From Thermoanaerobaculia bacterium (GTDB taxonomy: Bacteria > Acidobacteriota > Thermoanaerobaculia > UBA5066), in contig JBBRRY010000004.1 of NCBI GenBank assembly GCA_038245905.1, forward strand, positions 64,001 to 128,000: DNA of 64,000 bases, given 5' to 3'. The notes beneath the pieces are model-generated. The model saw only the letters and a list, made by a program, of their open reading frames with translations. It was not told where the DNA came from and did not search any database. Made by a program: the position numbers and the translations under genes. Shown in pieces: positions 29,882-38,843 of the stretch. Every line of letters begins with the position of its first letter. Positions within the stretch are counted from its first letter, which is position 1.

Positions 29882-30834
29882 CCGTGGCGGCGCCTGTTCT
29901 CGCGTCTCTCTCCCGGCTCGTCGCGACCGTGCGGACCGCCTACCGCGGACCGGCGGCCGCCGTCGAGGACGCGGTCGTGTGCCTTCTCGCGCGCGGCCAC
30001 CTCCTCATCGAGGACGTGCCGGGCGTGGGCAAGACGACGCTCGCCTCCGCGCTCGGCAAGGCGATCGGCGTCGGCATGCATCGCATCCAGTTCACGCCGG
30101 ATACGCTTCCATCCGACATCCTCGGCCTCACGGTCTTCAACGTGCGGACGCAGGAGTTCGAGTTTCACCCGGGCCCCGTGTTCACGCCCGTGCTCCTCGC
30201 CGACGAGATCAACCGGGCGACACCGAAGACGCAGGCGGCGCTCCTGCAGGCGATGAACGAACGCGCCGTCTCCTCCGACGGTGTCACCCGGCCGCTGCCC
30301 GAGCCGTTCCTCGTCCTCGCGACGCAGAACCCTGTGGAGTATCTCGGGACCTACCCGCTTCCCGAGTCGCAGCTCGACCGCTTCCTCATGCGCATCTCAC
30401 TGGGCTATCCGTCGTTGGAGGAGGAGCGCCGGCTTCTCGTGTCGGGCGGTGCCGACCGCATCCTCGCGACGCTCGCGCCCGCGCTCTCGCTCGAGGAGCT
30501 GGGGGCGGCCCAGGCCGCCACCGAGCGCGTCACCGTGGCCGACAAGCTCATGGATTACGTGCTCGCGATTGTCGGTCGCACGCGGAGCGGCAAGGACCTC
30601 CTTCTCGGCGTCTCGCCACGGGGCGCGCAGGGGTTTTTCCGCGCGGTGCAGGCTCGCGCGCTCGTCTCGGGCCGGCCCTATGCGACTCCAGACGACGTCA
30701 AGCGCGTCGCCGTCCCGACGCTCGCCCACCGCGTCCTCGCGTCGCAGCCGGGTGCCTGGGACGGCGGAGGAAGCGGCCAGCGCGAGCGCGACGCGATCCA
30801 GCGCATCCTCGACGAGACGCCGGTTCCCCTCTGA
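29878..30834 (+). CDS. MoxR-family AAA+ ATPase
   Basis: EDVPGVGKT, RIQFTPD, LADEINRA, ATQNP, LPESQLDRF. Confidence 0.95.
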   Translation: MTVAAPVLASLSRLVATVRTAYRGPAAAVEDAVVCLLARGHLLIEDVPGVGKTTLASALGKAIGVGMHRIQFTPDTLPSDILGLTVFNVRTQEFEFHPGPVFTPVLLADEINRATPKTQAALLQAMNERAVSSDGVTRPLPEPFLVLATQNPVEYLGTYPLPESQLDRFLMRISLGYPSLEEERRLLVSGGADRILATLAPALSLEELGAAQAATERVTVADKLMDYVLAIVGRTRSGKDLLLGVSPRGAQGFFRAVQARALVSGRPYATPDDVKRVAVPTLAHRVLASQPGAWDGGGSGQRERDAIQRILDETPVPL

Positions 30835-30838
30835 AACC

Positions 30839-31858
30839 GTGGCTTTCGGCGCGCGCCTCCAGAAGCTCCTGCATCCCGGAATCCTGGTCCGGGTCACGAA
30901 CGTCGGACTCGGCTTCATCCTGATGACGCTCGTCGTCGCCGTCGCCGCGACGAACACGGGAAACAACGGCCTCTACGTCCTCGTCTCGCTTTTCCTTGGC
31001 GCGCTCGTCGTCTCGGGAATCGTCTCGCGCCGGAACGTGGAGAACGTCGCGCTAGAGCTGGACGGCCCCGCGGAGATCTTCGCCGGCGTCCCGGTGCGGT
31101 TCACGCTCCGGCTGACGAATCGGGGGCGGCTGCCGCGCCGCGCCCTTCTCGTGAAAATCTCGAGCGCGGCCGCCCCGATCCTCTTCGGGCGCCTGGATCC
31201 GGGACGGCCCGCCGAACGTGGCGTCGACCTGGTCTTCCCGAGACGCGGCCGCCGGTCCATCGAGTCGCTCCTCCTTTACAGCGGCTATCCGATCGGGCTC
31301 TTCCGAAAGGGACGGGTGCACCCGCTCGAGGACGAGCGCCTCGTCTATCCGGCCCCGGCGAACGTGTCTACCATTCCCCCCGACCCCCGGGAAGCCGAGG
31401 GCGGCGACCCGCGCGACCGGCGCCGCGGGCGAGGCGCCGAGATCCGCAACCTCCGCGAGGCGGGCTTCGGCGACGATCCGCGCGACGTCCATTGGCCGCA
31501 GACGGCGCGCCAGGGCAAATTCATCGTGAAGGAGCGTGCCTCCGAGGAAGGCCGGGACGCGCTCGTGGCTCTGGAAACGCATCGCCCGGCGGGCGCCGGC
31601 GCCGCCTGGGGCGACGCCTTCGAGAGGTCGGTGTCCGAGGCCGCGGGTCTCGCCCTGCTGCTCCTCACCCGCGGCAGCCGGGTGGGACTGCTGCTCGGAG
31701 GCTCCCTCGTGCCGCCGGGCTCGGGCCCGGCCCATCGCCGCGGCCTTTTGCGCGCGCTCGCGCTCGTCGAGCCGTCGACGGAGTCCGGGCGGCCGCCCGC
31801 CGTACCCGGTTCGGTCGCCGTCTACCGGGCGGGCCGCGGTCCGGAGCGCGCCGCATGA
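30839..31858 (+). CDS. DUF58 family protein
   Basis: AATNTGNNGLY, YPIGLF, LREAGFGDDPRDVHWPQTAR; canonical position after MoxR. Confidence 0.85.
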   Translation: MAFGARLQKLLHPGILVRVTNVGLGFILMTLVVAVAATNTGNNGLYVLVSLFLGALVVSGIVSRRNVENVALELDGPAEIFAGVPVRFTLRLTNRGRLPRRALLVKISSAAAPILFGRLDPGRPAERGVDLVFPRRGRRSIESLLLYSGYPIGLFRKGRVHPLEDERLVYPAPANVSTIPPDPREAEGGDPRDRRRGRGAEIRNLREAGFGDDPRDVHWPQTARQGKFIVKERASEEGRDALVALETHRPAGAGAAWGDAFERSVSEAAGLALLLLTRGSRVGLLLGGSLVPPGSGPAHRRGLLRALALVEPSTESGRPPAVPGSVAVYRAGRGPERAA

Positions 31859-33966
31859 GCGGAGGTCCCGGCGCAGCCGCCGAAATCCCGTTCCTCCGGG
31901 AACGGCTTCTGGCGCTCGGAAGCCTCGCGCTTCTCGCCCCGGTTCCGCTCTTTTTCACGAACGCCCTCGAGTTCGCGGTTCTCCTCGTCTACCTCGTTGT
32001 TCTTGCGCTCTTTCTGGCACGCGTGCGCCTCGGAAGTGTGCCGCGCCTCGGGAATCGCGTGCTGAATCTCGCCGGGTTTCTCTACCTTCCGGTCATCTAC
32101 CTCGACGTGCGCTTCGGGAGTCAGACGCTCCTGAAGGCGATGCTCCACCTTCTCCTCTTCACGACGCTCTTCAAGCTCGCGGCGATTCGCAAGGAGCGCG
32201 ACCTCTCGCTCGCGCTGATCCTGTCGGGCCTTCTCTTCGTCACGTCGGTCTCGACTTCGTTCCATTGGGCGATCCTCCTTTATGTGCTGCTCGTGGCCTT
32301 CGTCGGCTGGAGAGTGCTCGTGAAGTGGGCCCTCTGGCGCGACCTCTCCGGGGCCCCCGAGGAATGGAGCCGCGACCGCACGGCGCGCGCTCTTCCCGGT
32401 CGCGGCCCGCTCGTCACATCGGTGATGTCCACGGTCCTCGTCGCCATTCCGCTCTTTCTGTTCCTTCCGCGCCTCAAGGCGCCCTACGTGAAGGGCGCCG
32501 AAGCGGGGCGCGAAATCACAACGGGTTTCTCGGAGAACGTTGATCCGGACCTGTTCGGCGCACTCAAGCAGAGCGACCGCGTCTTCCTCCGGATCACGAG
32601 CGAGGAGGCTCTCGACGAGAGCGGGGCGGCGCTGAGGCTCCGGACGCTCGCCCTCTCGCGGTGGGAGAACGGGGTGTGGAAGAGGCCGCCGGAACATTCC
32701 GCCGCCTCCGTCCGCTCCGGCTTCCAGGCGCTCGTCCCACTCGCTCCCCGCGGCCGCGGCGCCGGAGGAGGTACGGCGATGACGGTCGACCTCACCCCGA
32801 TCCAGACGCCCTACCTGCCCTATCCGCTCGTCGGCAACGCGCTGCGTCTCTCCGAGGCCCCGTTTCGCAGCCGGGCGTATGTCGAGCGCGATGCGGCCCG
32901 TAACCTCCGCCTGTCCTTCGAACCGGACCGCACGATCCAGTACACCGTGACCTACGGGAGGCACCCGATCGCGGACCTCGAGCCGGGCGACGTGGTCGAA
33001 GCCCGAACGCCGCCCGGCTCGGAGGCGCTGCGCGCTTTCGCACTCTCTCGACTCGACGGGATCGATCCCTCGAAAAATCCTGAGGCCGCCGCGCGCGCTC
33101 TCGAGTCGGTGCTCAAGGGCTGGACATACGAGCTGGATCTGCAGCCGCGCGGCCCGAACGCCGTCGAGGACTTCGTCCTCCACCGCCACAAGGGCCACTG
33201 CCAGACGTTTGCGACGGCGATGGCGCTGCTCCTCCGGGAGGTGGGCGTCCCCACGCGCTTCGTGACCGGATTTCTCGGCGGGGAGCTCGGCGCGTTCGGA
33301 AGGTACGTGCTCGTCCGCAGCCAGAACGTCCACGCCTGGGTCGAAGTCTGGTGCGGTGACGCGCGGGGATGGGTCACGTTCGACCCGACGCCTTCGGCCG
33401 GGCAGCCGGGGCTCGAGCGCGTGCCGCTCGCTCAACGTCTTCGCCAGGTGACCGACGGGCTCGAGTTCTTCTACGACCGCTTCGTCCTTTCCTTCGGGCA
33501 AGGCGATCAGGCCGAGATCCTTCGAATGTTGCGGGAGGCGGCGGGCGGTGCCATTTCCGCCGTGCTCCGCGCCGGCGCGGGAGTGAGCCCCTTCCTCGGC
33601 CGCCTGTCGGCGGCCGCGCTCGTGGCGTCCGCTCTCCTTCTTGCGTCTCTGATGTTTCTCGGGCGCCGCGTGCTCCGCGTTTCCTGGAAAACGCGCGGTC
33701 TCGCGCCCGCGTCCGCAGCCTACCGCCGCCTCCAGAATGCGCTCCACCGGCTCGGCGCGCCGCTCCGCCCCTCGTCCGTTCCCGCCGAGACCCTCGCCGC
33801 TGCCGCGGCGCTCGGCCCGGGCGCGGAGCGGCCCGCCGAAGCGATCGTGCGCGCCTACGTCCGGGAGTCCTTCGGAGGGTTCGCGCCCGCGCCGGGGGAG
33901 GAAGGCCGGTTGCGGGGCCTGCTCGACGAGTTTCGCGAGGCGGCCAGACGGTCGCAAGTGCGATAG
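31855..33966 (+). CDS. TgpA-like membrane transglutaminase-domain protein (DUF3488)
   Basis: N-terminal TM helices; GHCQTFATAM, HAWVEVW, WVTFDPTP catalytic triad motifs. Confidence 0.92.
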   Translation: MSGGPGAAAEIPFLRERLLALGSLALLAPVPLFFTNALEFAVLLVYLVVLALFLARVRLGSVPRLGNRVLNLAGFLYLPVIYLDVRFGSQTLLKAMLHLLLFTTLFKLAAIRKERDLSLALILSGLLFVTSVSTSFHWAILLYVLLVAFVGWRVLVKWALWRDLSGAPEEWSRDRTARALPGRGPLVTSVMSTVLVAIPLFLFLPRLKAPYVKGAEAGREITTGFSENVDPDLFGALKQSDRVFLRITSEEALDESGAALRLRTLALSRWENGVWKRPPEHSAASVRSGFQALVPLAPRGRGAGGGTAMTVDLTPIQTPYLPYPLVGNALRLSEAPFRSRAYVERDAARNLRLSFEPDRTIQYTVTYGRHPIADLEPGDVVEARTPPGSEALRAFALSRLDGIDPSKNPEAAARALESVLKGWTYELDLQPRGPNAVEDFVLHRHKGHCQTFATAMALLLREVGVPTRFVTGFLGGELGAFGRYVLVRSQNVHAWVEVWCGDARGWVTFDPTPSAGQPGLERVPLAQRLRQVTDGLEFFYDRFVLSFGQGDQAEILRMLREAAGGAISAVLRAGAGVSPFLGRLSAAALVASALLLASLMFLGRRVLRVSWKTRGLAPASAAYRRLQNALHRLGAPLRPSSVPAETLAAAAALGPGAERPAEAIVRAYVRESFGGFAPAPGEEGRLRGLLDEFREAARRSQVR

Positions 33967-33969
33967 CGG

Positions 33970-35334
33970 TTACGCGGAAGGGGGTTTCGGGAGGCCGAAT
34001 TTCTCGATACGATAGCGGATCTGGTCGCGATTGAGGCCGAGGAGCCGCCCGGCCTGCGTCTGGTTGCCCGCGCTTCGCTTCAGAGCCTGAACCACGAGCG
34101 ATCGTTCGAGCTGTTCGACGTCGAGGCCGCCCGGAGGAAGCTGGAAGCTCGGGGAGAGCGCGGCCAGAGGCGTCAGGAGGACGTCGCTCCGCTCAAGAAT
34201 CTCGCCCTCCGAAAGCAGGACGGCCCGCTCCAGGACGTTCCGGAGCTCCCGGATGTTGCCCGGCCACGGATAGGCGTCGAGCGCATCGCGCGCGTCCGGC
34301 GCGAGACCGCGCACGTTCTTCTTGAACTCGCGGTTGAAGCCGTCGACGAAATGATTCGCGAGGAGCGGCACGTCGCCCTTCCGCTCGCGCAGCGGCGGCA
34401 ACGGAACGGGGAGAACGCGGAGGCGATAGTAGAGATCCTCGCGAAATCGTCCCTCGCGAACCCCGTCTTCGAGATTGCGATTCGTCGCCGCGATGACGCG
34501 CACGTCGACGCGCACGTCTGCCGAGCCCCCGACGCGCCGGAAAGCCTTCTCCTCCAGGAAGCGGAGGAGCTTGGCCTGCAATGCGGGCGCCATCTCGCCG
34601 ATCTCGTCGAGGAAGGCGGTGCCTGCGTCGGCCTGCTCGAGAAGGCCCTTCTTCTGCCCCTTGGCATCGGTAAAGGCGCCCCTTTCGTGGCCGAAGAGCT
34701 CGCTCTCGAGAAGCGTGTCGGGAATCGCCGAGCAGGTGATGTTCAGGAAGGGACCGGTGCGGCGCTCGCTCGCGAAGTGAATCGCCTTGGCCGCGAGGTC
34801 CTTGCCCGTGCCGCTCTCACCGGTCAGGAGAACGGTCGAGGACGGACTTGCCGCGACCTTTCGGAGAAGCGCCTTCACCTCGAGCATCAACGGGGATTCG
34901 CCCACGATGCGGTCGAAGCCGTAGGGCGCGGACTCGCGGGCGCGCAGCGTGCGCACCTCACGGCGAAGTTGGGTCGTCTCGAGCGCCTTCTCGACGAGAG
35001 CGAGCATCTCGTCGAGGTCGAACGGCTTGTTCACGTAGTGAAAGGCGCCTCGCTTGATGGCGTCGATGGCACTCGAGACGCTCGCGTAAGCGGTCATCAG
35101 GATGACGACGGCTTCCGGATTGCGCTCCTTGATTTTCGGGATCAGCGTGACGCCGTCGGTATCAGGCAGGCGGAAGTCGAGGATGACGAGATCGACGTCC
35201 TCCCCGCAGCGCTCCAGGGCTTCGGCGCCGTCCTCGGCCTCCAGGACCCGGTATCCGGCGGCCTGCAAGCGCTCCTTCAGCGACCAGCGGATCAGCTTCT
35301 CGTCGTCGACGATGAGGATCCGCGGCGATGCCAT
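33970..35334 (-). CDS. sigma54-dependent response regulator (NtrC/AtoC family)
   Basis: REC domain, [33 protein letters not shown], Fis-type HTH. Confidence 0.96.
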   Translation of the reverse strand: MASPRILIVDDEKLIRWSLKERLQAAGYRVLEAEDGAEALERCGEDVDLVILDFRLPDTDGVTLIPKIKERNPEAVVILMTAYASVSSAIDAIKRGAFHYVNKPFDLDEMLALVEKALETTQLRREVRTLRARESAPYGFDRIVGESPLMLEVKALLRKVAASPSSTVLLTGESGTGKDLAAKAIHFASERRTGPFLNITCSAIPDTLLESELFGHERGAFTDAKGQKKGLLEQADAGTAFLDEIGEMAPALQAKLLRFLEEKAFRRVGGSADVRVDVRVIAATNRNLEDGVREGRFREDLYYRLRVLPVPLPPLRERKGDVPLLANHFVDGFNREFKKNVRGLAPDARDALDAYPWPGNIRELRNVLERAVLLSEGEILERSDVLLTPLAALSPSFQLPPGGLDVEQLERSLVVQALKRSAGNQTQAGRLLGLNRDQIRYRIEKFGLPKPPSA

Positions 35335-35344
35335 GGCCGGAATT

Positions 35345-35755
35345 CTAGACGGGCGAGGGTGGCGCGGCTCCCGCCGGAGGAAGCGTGGAGCCCACGAGGC
35401 TGATCATGCGGTCGAAATCGAACGGTTTCGTGATGAAGTGCGCCGCGCCGAGGGAGGTCGCCCGCTCGGCCGTGCCGGGCGAATCGTAAGCCGTCATGAC
35501 GATGACCGGACATGCCGGGCGCGAACCCTTGACGCGCTCGAGGACACCGAGGCCGTCCAGCTCGGGCAGCGAGAGATCGAGCAGCATCAGGTCAACGGGG
35601 TTCCCCGCGAAGACGGCGACGGCCTCGAGTCCGGTCTCGGCCTCGAGGACCGTGTACCCCGCGGCGAGGAGACGCTCGCGCAGGGACCAACGGATGAGGC
35701 TTTCGTCGTCGACGACGAGGACGACCGGTTTGAGAGAGCTCGCCCCGGCGTTCAC
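35345..35755 (-). CDS. single-domain response regulator
   Basis: VLVVDDE, LLDLSLP, MTA, KPFD; RBS GGAGG. Confidence 0.9.
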   Translation of the reverse strand: MNAGASSLKPVVLVVDDESLIRWSLRERLLAAGYTVLEAETGLEAVAVFAGNPVDLMLLDLSLPELDGLGVLERVKGSRPACPVIVMTAYDSPGTAERATSLGAAHFITKPFDFDRMISLVGSTLPPAGAAPPSPV

Positions 35756-35772
35756 GGGTATCCTCCGCGGAG

Positions 35773-37248
35773 GTGGAAGAGCGGGGCGCGGGAGGCCGGC
35801 CTCCGGGCGAGGAGCTGGCGGACATCGTGTACGCCCTCGACCAGTCCGCGATCGTCGCCCGCACGGACCAGCGCGGAATCATCGACTACGTCAACGAGAA
35901 GTTCTGCGAAATCTCGAAGTACTCCCGCGACGAGCTGCTCGGGCAGGACCACCGCATCATCAACTCGGGGTACCACTCCAGGGCGTTCATCGCGGAGCTC
36001 TGGCGCACGATCGCGGGCGGCCGCGTGTGGCGGGGCGAGATGCGCAACCGCGCCAAGGACGGGAGCATCTACTGGGTCGACACGACGATCGTTCCCTTCC
36101 CGGACGCGGATGGGAAGCCCCACCGATACCTCGCGATTCGCGCGGACATCACGGCCCGGAAACGCGCCGAGGATGAGCTGAGGCGCGCGGCGGCCATCAT
36201 CGAGAGCTCGGACGACGCGATCATCGGGAAGACGCTCGACGGCACGATCACGACGTGGAGCGCCGGAGCGGCGAGGATCTACGGCTGGACGCGCGAGGAG
36301 ATCCTGGGCGAGCCTGTCACGCGCATCCTGGCGGCGGACCGGACGGACGAGTTCCGGGGCCTGCTCGAGAGGATCGGGCGCGGCGAACGCGTGGTTCACT
36401 TCGAGACGCGCCGGCTCCGGCGCGATGGGACCGAGTTCGACGTCTCGCTCACGCTGTCGGCCGTGAGGGACGACTCCGGGAAGATCGTCGGCGCCTCGGC
36501 CGTCGAGCGCGACGTGTCCGAACAGCGCCGCGTCGAGGCCGAGCTCCGGGAGCAGGCGGCACTCGCGCGCCTCGGCGAGATGGCGGCCATCGTCGCCCAC
36601 GAGGTCAAGAATCCCCTCGCCGGAATCGGCGGCGCCCTGCAGATCATTCGGGATCGCATGCCTGCCGAGAGCTCCGATCGGCAGATCATCGCGGAAATCC
36701 TCGCGAGGCTGGACGGCCTGAACACGCTCGTACGCGACCTTCTCGTGTTCTCTCACCCGCGTGCGCCCCAGCTGGCGCCGATGCTCATCCTGCCTCTTCT
36801 GGAGGAAGTCGCGGCCGAGATTCGCCGCGATCCCGGTTTGCGCGGTCTCCGGATCGAGATCGAGGGAGACAGCCGCCCGATCCGGGGCGACGTGGCTCTC
36901 CTCCGAAGCGTCTTCTTCAACCTCGCGATGAACGGGGCGCAGGCCGCGGGGCGGAAGGGCACGGTGCGTGTCGTCGTGGCCTCTCGCGAGGGGATCTGCG
37001 AGGTTCGGGTCATCGACACGGGGCCGGGCATCCGGGAGGAAATTCGAGGCAAGATCTTCGATCCCTTCTTCACGACGAAACATCGAGGCAGCGGGCTCGG
37101 CCTCCCGGTCGTGAAACGCGTCGTGGAGGCTCACGGGGGCGAAATCGCCGTGACGTGCCCACCGGAGGGAGGCACCGTGGCGACCGTGCGCCTGCCCCTC
37201 GATGAATCGACTTCCGGGAGCGGCCGGGGCGGAGGCCCCGGGGTCTGA
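35773..37248 (+). CDS. cytoplasmic two-PAS sensor histidine kinase
   Basis: Two PAS/PAC domains, H-box AHEVKNPL, N-box, DTGPG, FFTTK, GSGLGL; no TM segment. Confidence 0.95.
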   Translation: MEERGAGGRPPGEELADIVYALDQSAIVARTDQRGIIDYVNEKFCEISKYSRDELLGQDHRIINSGYHSRAFIAELWRTIAGGRVWRGEMRNRAKDGSIYWVDTTIVPFPDADGKPHRYLAIRADITARKRAEDELRRAAAIIESSDDAIIGKTLDGTITTWSAGAARIYGWTREEILGEPVTRILAADRTDEFRGLLERIGRGERVVHFETRRLRRDGTEFDVSLTLSAVRDDSGKIVGASAVERDVSEQRRVEAELREQAALARLGEMAAIVAHEVKNPLAGIGGALQIIRDRMPAESSDRQIIAEILARLDGLNTLVRDLLVFSHPRAPQLAPMLILPLLEEVAAEIRRDPGLRGLRIEIEGDSRPIRGDVALLRSVFFNLAMNGAQAAGRKGTVRVVVASREGICEVRVIDTGPGIREEIRGKIFDPFFTTKHRGSGLGLPVVKRVVEAHGGEIAVTCPPEGGTVATVRLPLDESTSGSGRGGGPGV

Positions 37249-37264
37249 GGTCGCGGCGAGAAGC

Positions 37265-37822
37265 TCATCCGCCTGCGGCGATCGCCTCGGCGGCGAAATG
37301 GGGAAGAGTTCGAGCCGGGTTGGCCCAGCGCGGCTCCTGCCGGTCGACCCATCCGCGTCGCAGCGCGAGCGCGACGAGCTCGACCTGGCTGTGAACTTCC
37401 AGCCGGCGAAGGGCGTTCTGGATGTGATTGCGCACGGTCGCGTGGGACAGGTTCAGGCGGGCCGCGATGTTGAGAGCCGCGTAGCCATCGGCGAGGAGCG
37501 CGACGACTTCGTGCTCACGTTTCGACAGCGGGCACGAGGTCATGAGAGCTGAGGTGCCGCGCAGGAGGTAGATCGTTCTCTCGCCGCGCGGCCCCGGCCC
37601 CGGGATCTTCAGAAGGGTAGCTCCCGCGATCGTGTCCAGCACGCCGCGCGAGAGGAGGGCCGTCAGATCGCACCCGATCAAGGCGTCCTCGTGAACGCCC
37701 AGCATGCGTTCCGCGCCGGGGTTCATGTAGACGATTCTGTTCCTCCCGTCGGTGGCGAATGCGGGCGGCTCATTGGCGGGCGAAACTCTCGGAAGGCCAG
37801 CGGCTTCAGGGGTCATGTTCAT
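37265..37822 (-). CDS. LuxR-type HTH regulator with N-terminal PAS-like segment
   Basis: LSKREHEVVALLADG...IAARLNLSHATVRNHI; RBS AGGAG before ATG 37822. Confidence 0.85.
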   Translation of the reverse strand: MNMTPEAAGLPRVSPANEPPAFATDGRNRIVYMNPGAERMLGVHEDALIGCDLTALLSRGVLDTIAGATLLKIPGPGPRGERTIYLLRGTSALMTSCPLSKREHEVVALLADGYAALNIAARLNLSHATVRNHIQNALRRLEVHSQVELVALALRRGWVDRQEPRWANPARTLPHFAAEAIAAGG

Positions 37823-37849
37823 GTGGCGCTCCTGACGACCCTTGACAGC

Positions 37850-37864
37850 GCAAGTGCGGTGCCA
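37850..37864 (-). promoter_or_regulatory. sigma54 -24/-12 promoter of the LuxR gene
   Basis: Minus strand TGGCAC-CGCAC-TTGC, an exact match to TGGCAC-N5-TTGC. Confidence 0.8.
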
Positions 37865-37912
37865 GCCGAAATCTCTCGATTTCCGGTTCTTTGGCGCGGA
37901 GTTTTCCCCGAT

Positions 37913-37930
37913 CGCGGGAAATTTCCCGCG
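37913..37930. promoter_or_regulatory. 18-bp palindrome, candidate enhancer (UAS)
   Basis: CGCGGGAAATTTCCCGCG, about 50 bp upstream of the sigma54 box. Confidence 0.5.
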
Positions 37931-38028
37931 CGCCTCGCCTTCCCGCCGGCTGTCGGCGCACTGATTCAATTTGGGGATATGATTTTGGGGTCGTGCGGGG
38001 CTCTCATGGGCCTAACTTGGAGGAAAAA

Positions 38029-38376
38029 ATGAAGAAGACGACTGTTGCAGTGATTGCTCTCGTGGCGTTCTGTGCAGCCACCACGCTGCTCGCCAACCTC
38101 AACAACCAGAAAGCGTTCGTGACGACGTATCCCGACGCCAAGGCCTCCCTGGGCAAGTGCTCGACGTGTCACATGAAGCCTCTCCCGAAGAAGGAAGATC
38201 ACGAGATGAACCCGTACGGGAAGGATGTCCAGACGAAGGCCGTCGTCGACCCGAAGGCCGAGAAGAAGACCTACAAGTTCGAGAAGATCGAGAGTCTCGA
38301 CAGCGATGGCGACGGCGTGAAGAACATCGACGAGATCAAGGCCGGCACGAACCCCGGCGACCCGAAGTCCAAGTAG
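38029..38376 (+). CDS. small exported monoheme cytochrome c
   Basis: RBS GGAGG, signal peptide, CSTCH, C-terminal DSDGDG..N.DE...GTNPGD Ca-binding-like motif. Confidence 0.85.
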   Translation: MKKTTVAVIALVAFCAATTLLANLNNQKAFVTTYPDAKASLGKCSTCHMKPLPKKEDHEMNPYGKDVQTKAVVDPKAEKKTYKFEKIESLDSDGDGVKNIDEIKAGTNPGDPKSK

Positions 38377-38381
38377 GCCCC

Positions 38382-38843
38382 TTGGAACGCGAGGGGTTGG
38401 CGCCGACCACGCGGCGACTGTGGATCGACGTCCTGCTCGGATCGAGCTTCGTCGCCTGGGCGGGTGCCGTCGTCTACCCGATCGTGCGGTATCTGACGCC
38501 CGCCAAGGATGGCGGCGGCACCAACAAGGCGACGCTCACGGAAGCTCAGGAGAAGGAGATCCAGGCGAGCGGATTCGTCATCGCGCGCCTTGGGAGCGAC
38601 CGCGTCATCGTCCTGAAGGGCAAGGACCAGAAGCTGCGCGCGCTGTCGGCCAAATGCACGCACGAGGGCTGCACGGTCCAGTTCGTGAAGGCCGACGGGA
38701 TCGTCTGGTGCGCGTGTCACAACGGGAAATTCGCCCTGGACGGGCGCGTGATCTCCGGCCCGCCGCCGCGGCCGCTGGCGGCCTACAACGTGGAGGGCGA
38801 TCTCAAGGGCGCCGTCACGATCTCGAAGGGAAGCGCCGCGTGA
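38382..38843 (+). CDS. Rieske [2Fe-2S] subunit of a cytochrome bc complex
   Basis: TRR Tat-like motif plus TM helix; CTHEGC and CACHNG; GPPPRPL. Start approximate. Confidence 0.92.
   Translation: MEREGLAPTTRRLWIDVLLGSSFVAWAGAVVYPIVRYLTPAKDGGGTNKATLTEAQEKEIQASGFVIARLGSDRVIVLKGKDQKLRALSAKCTHEGCTVQFVKADGIVWCACHNGKFALDGRVISGPPPRPLAAYNVEGDLKGAVTISKGSAA

Noticed and set aside
31855-33966. Transglutaminase as modifier of the Gln-rich core
   Set aside because: It lies 27 kb away in the standard MoxR-DUF58-TgpA operon, and nothing links it to the precursor.
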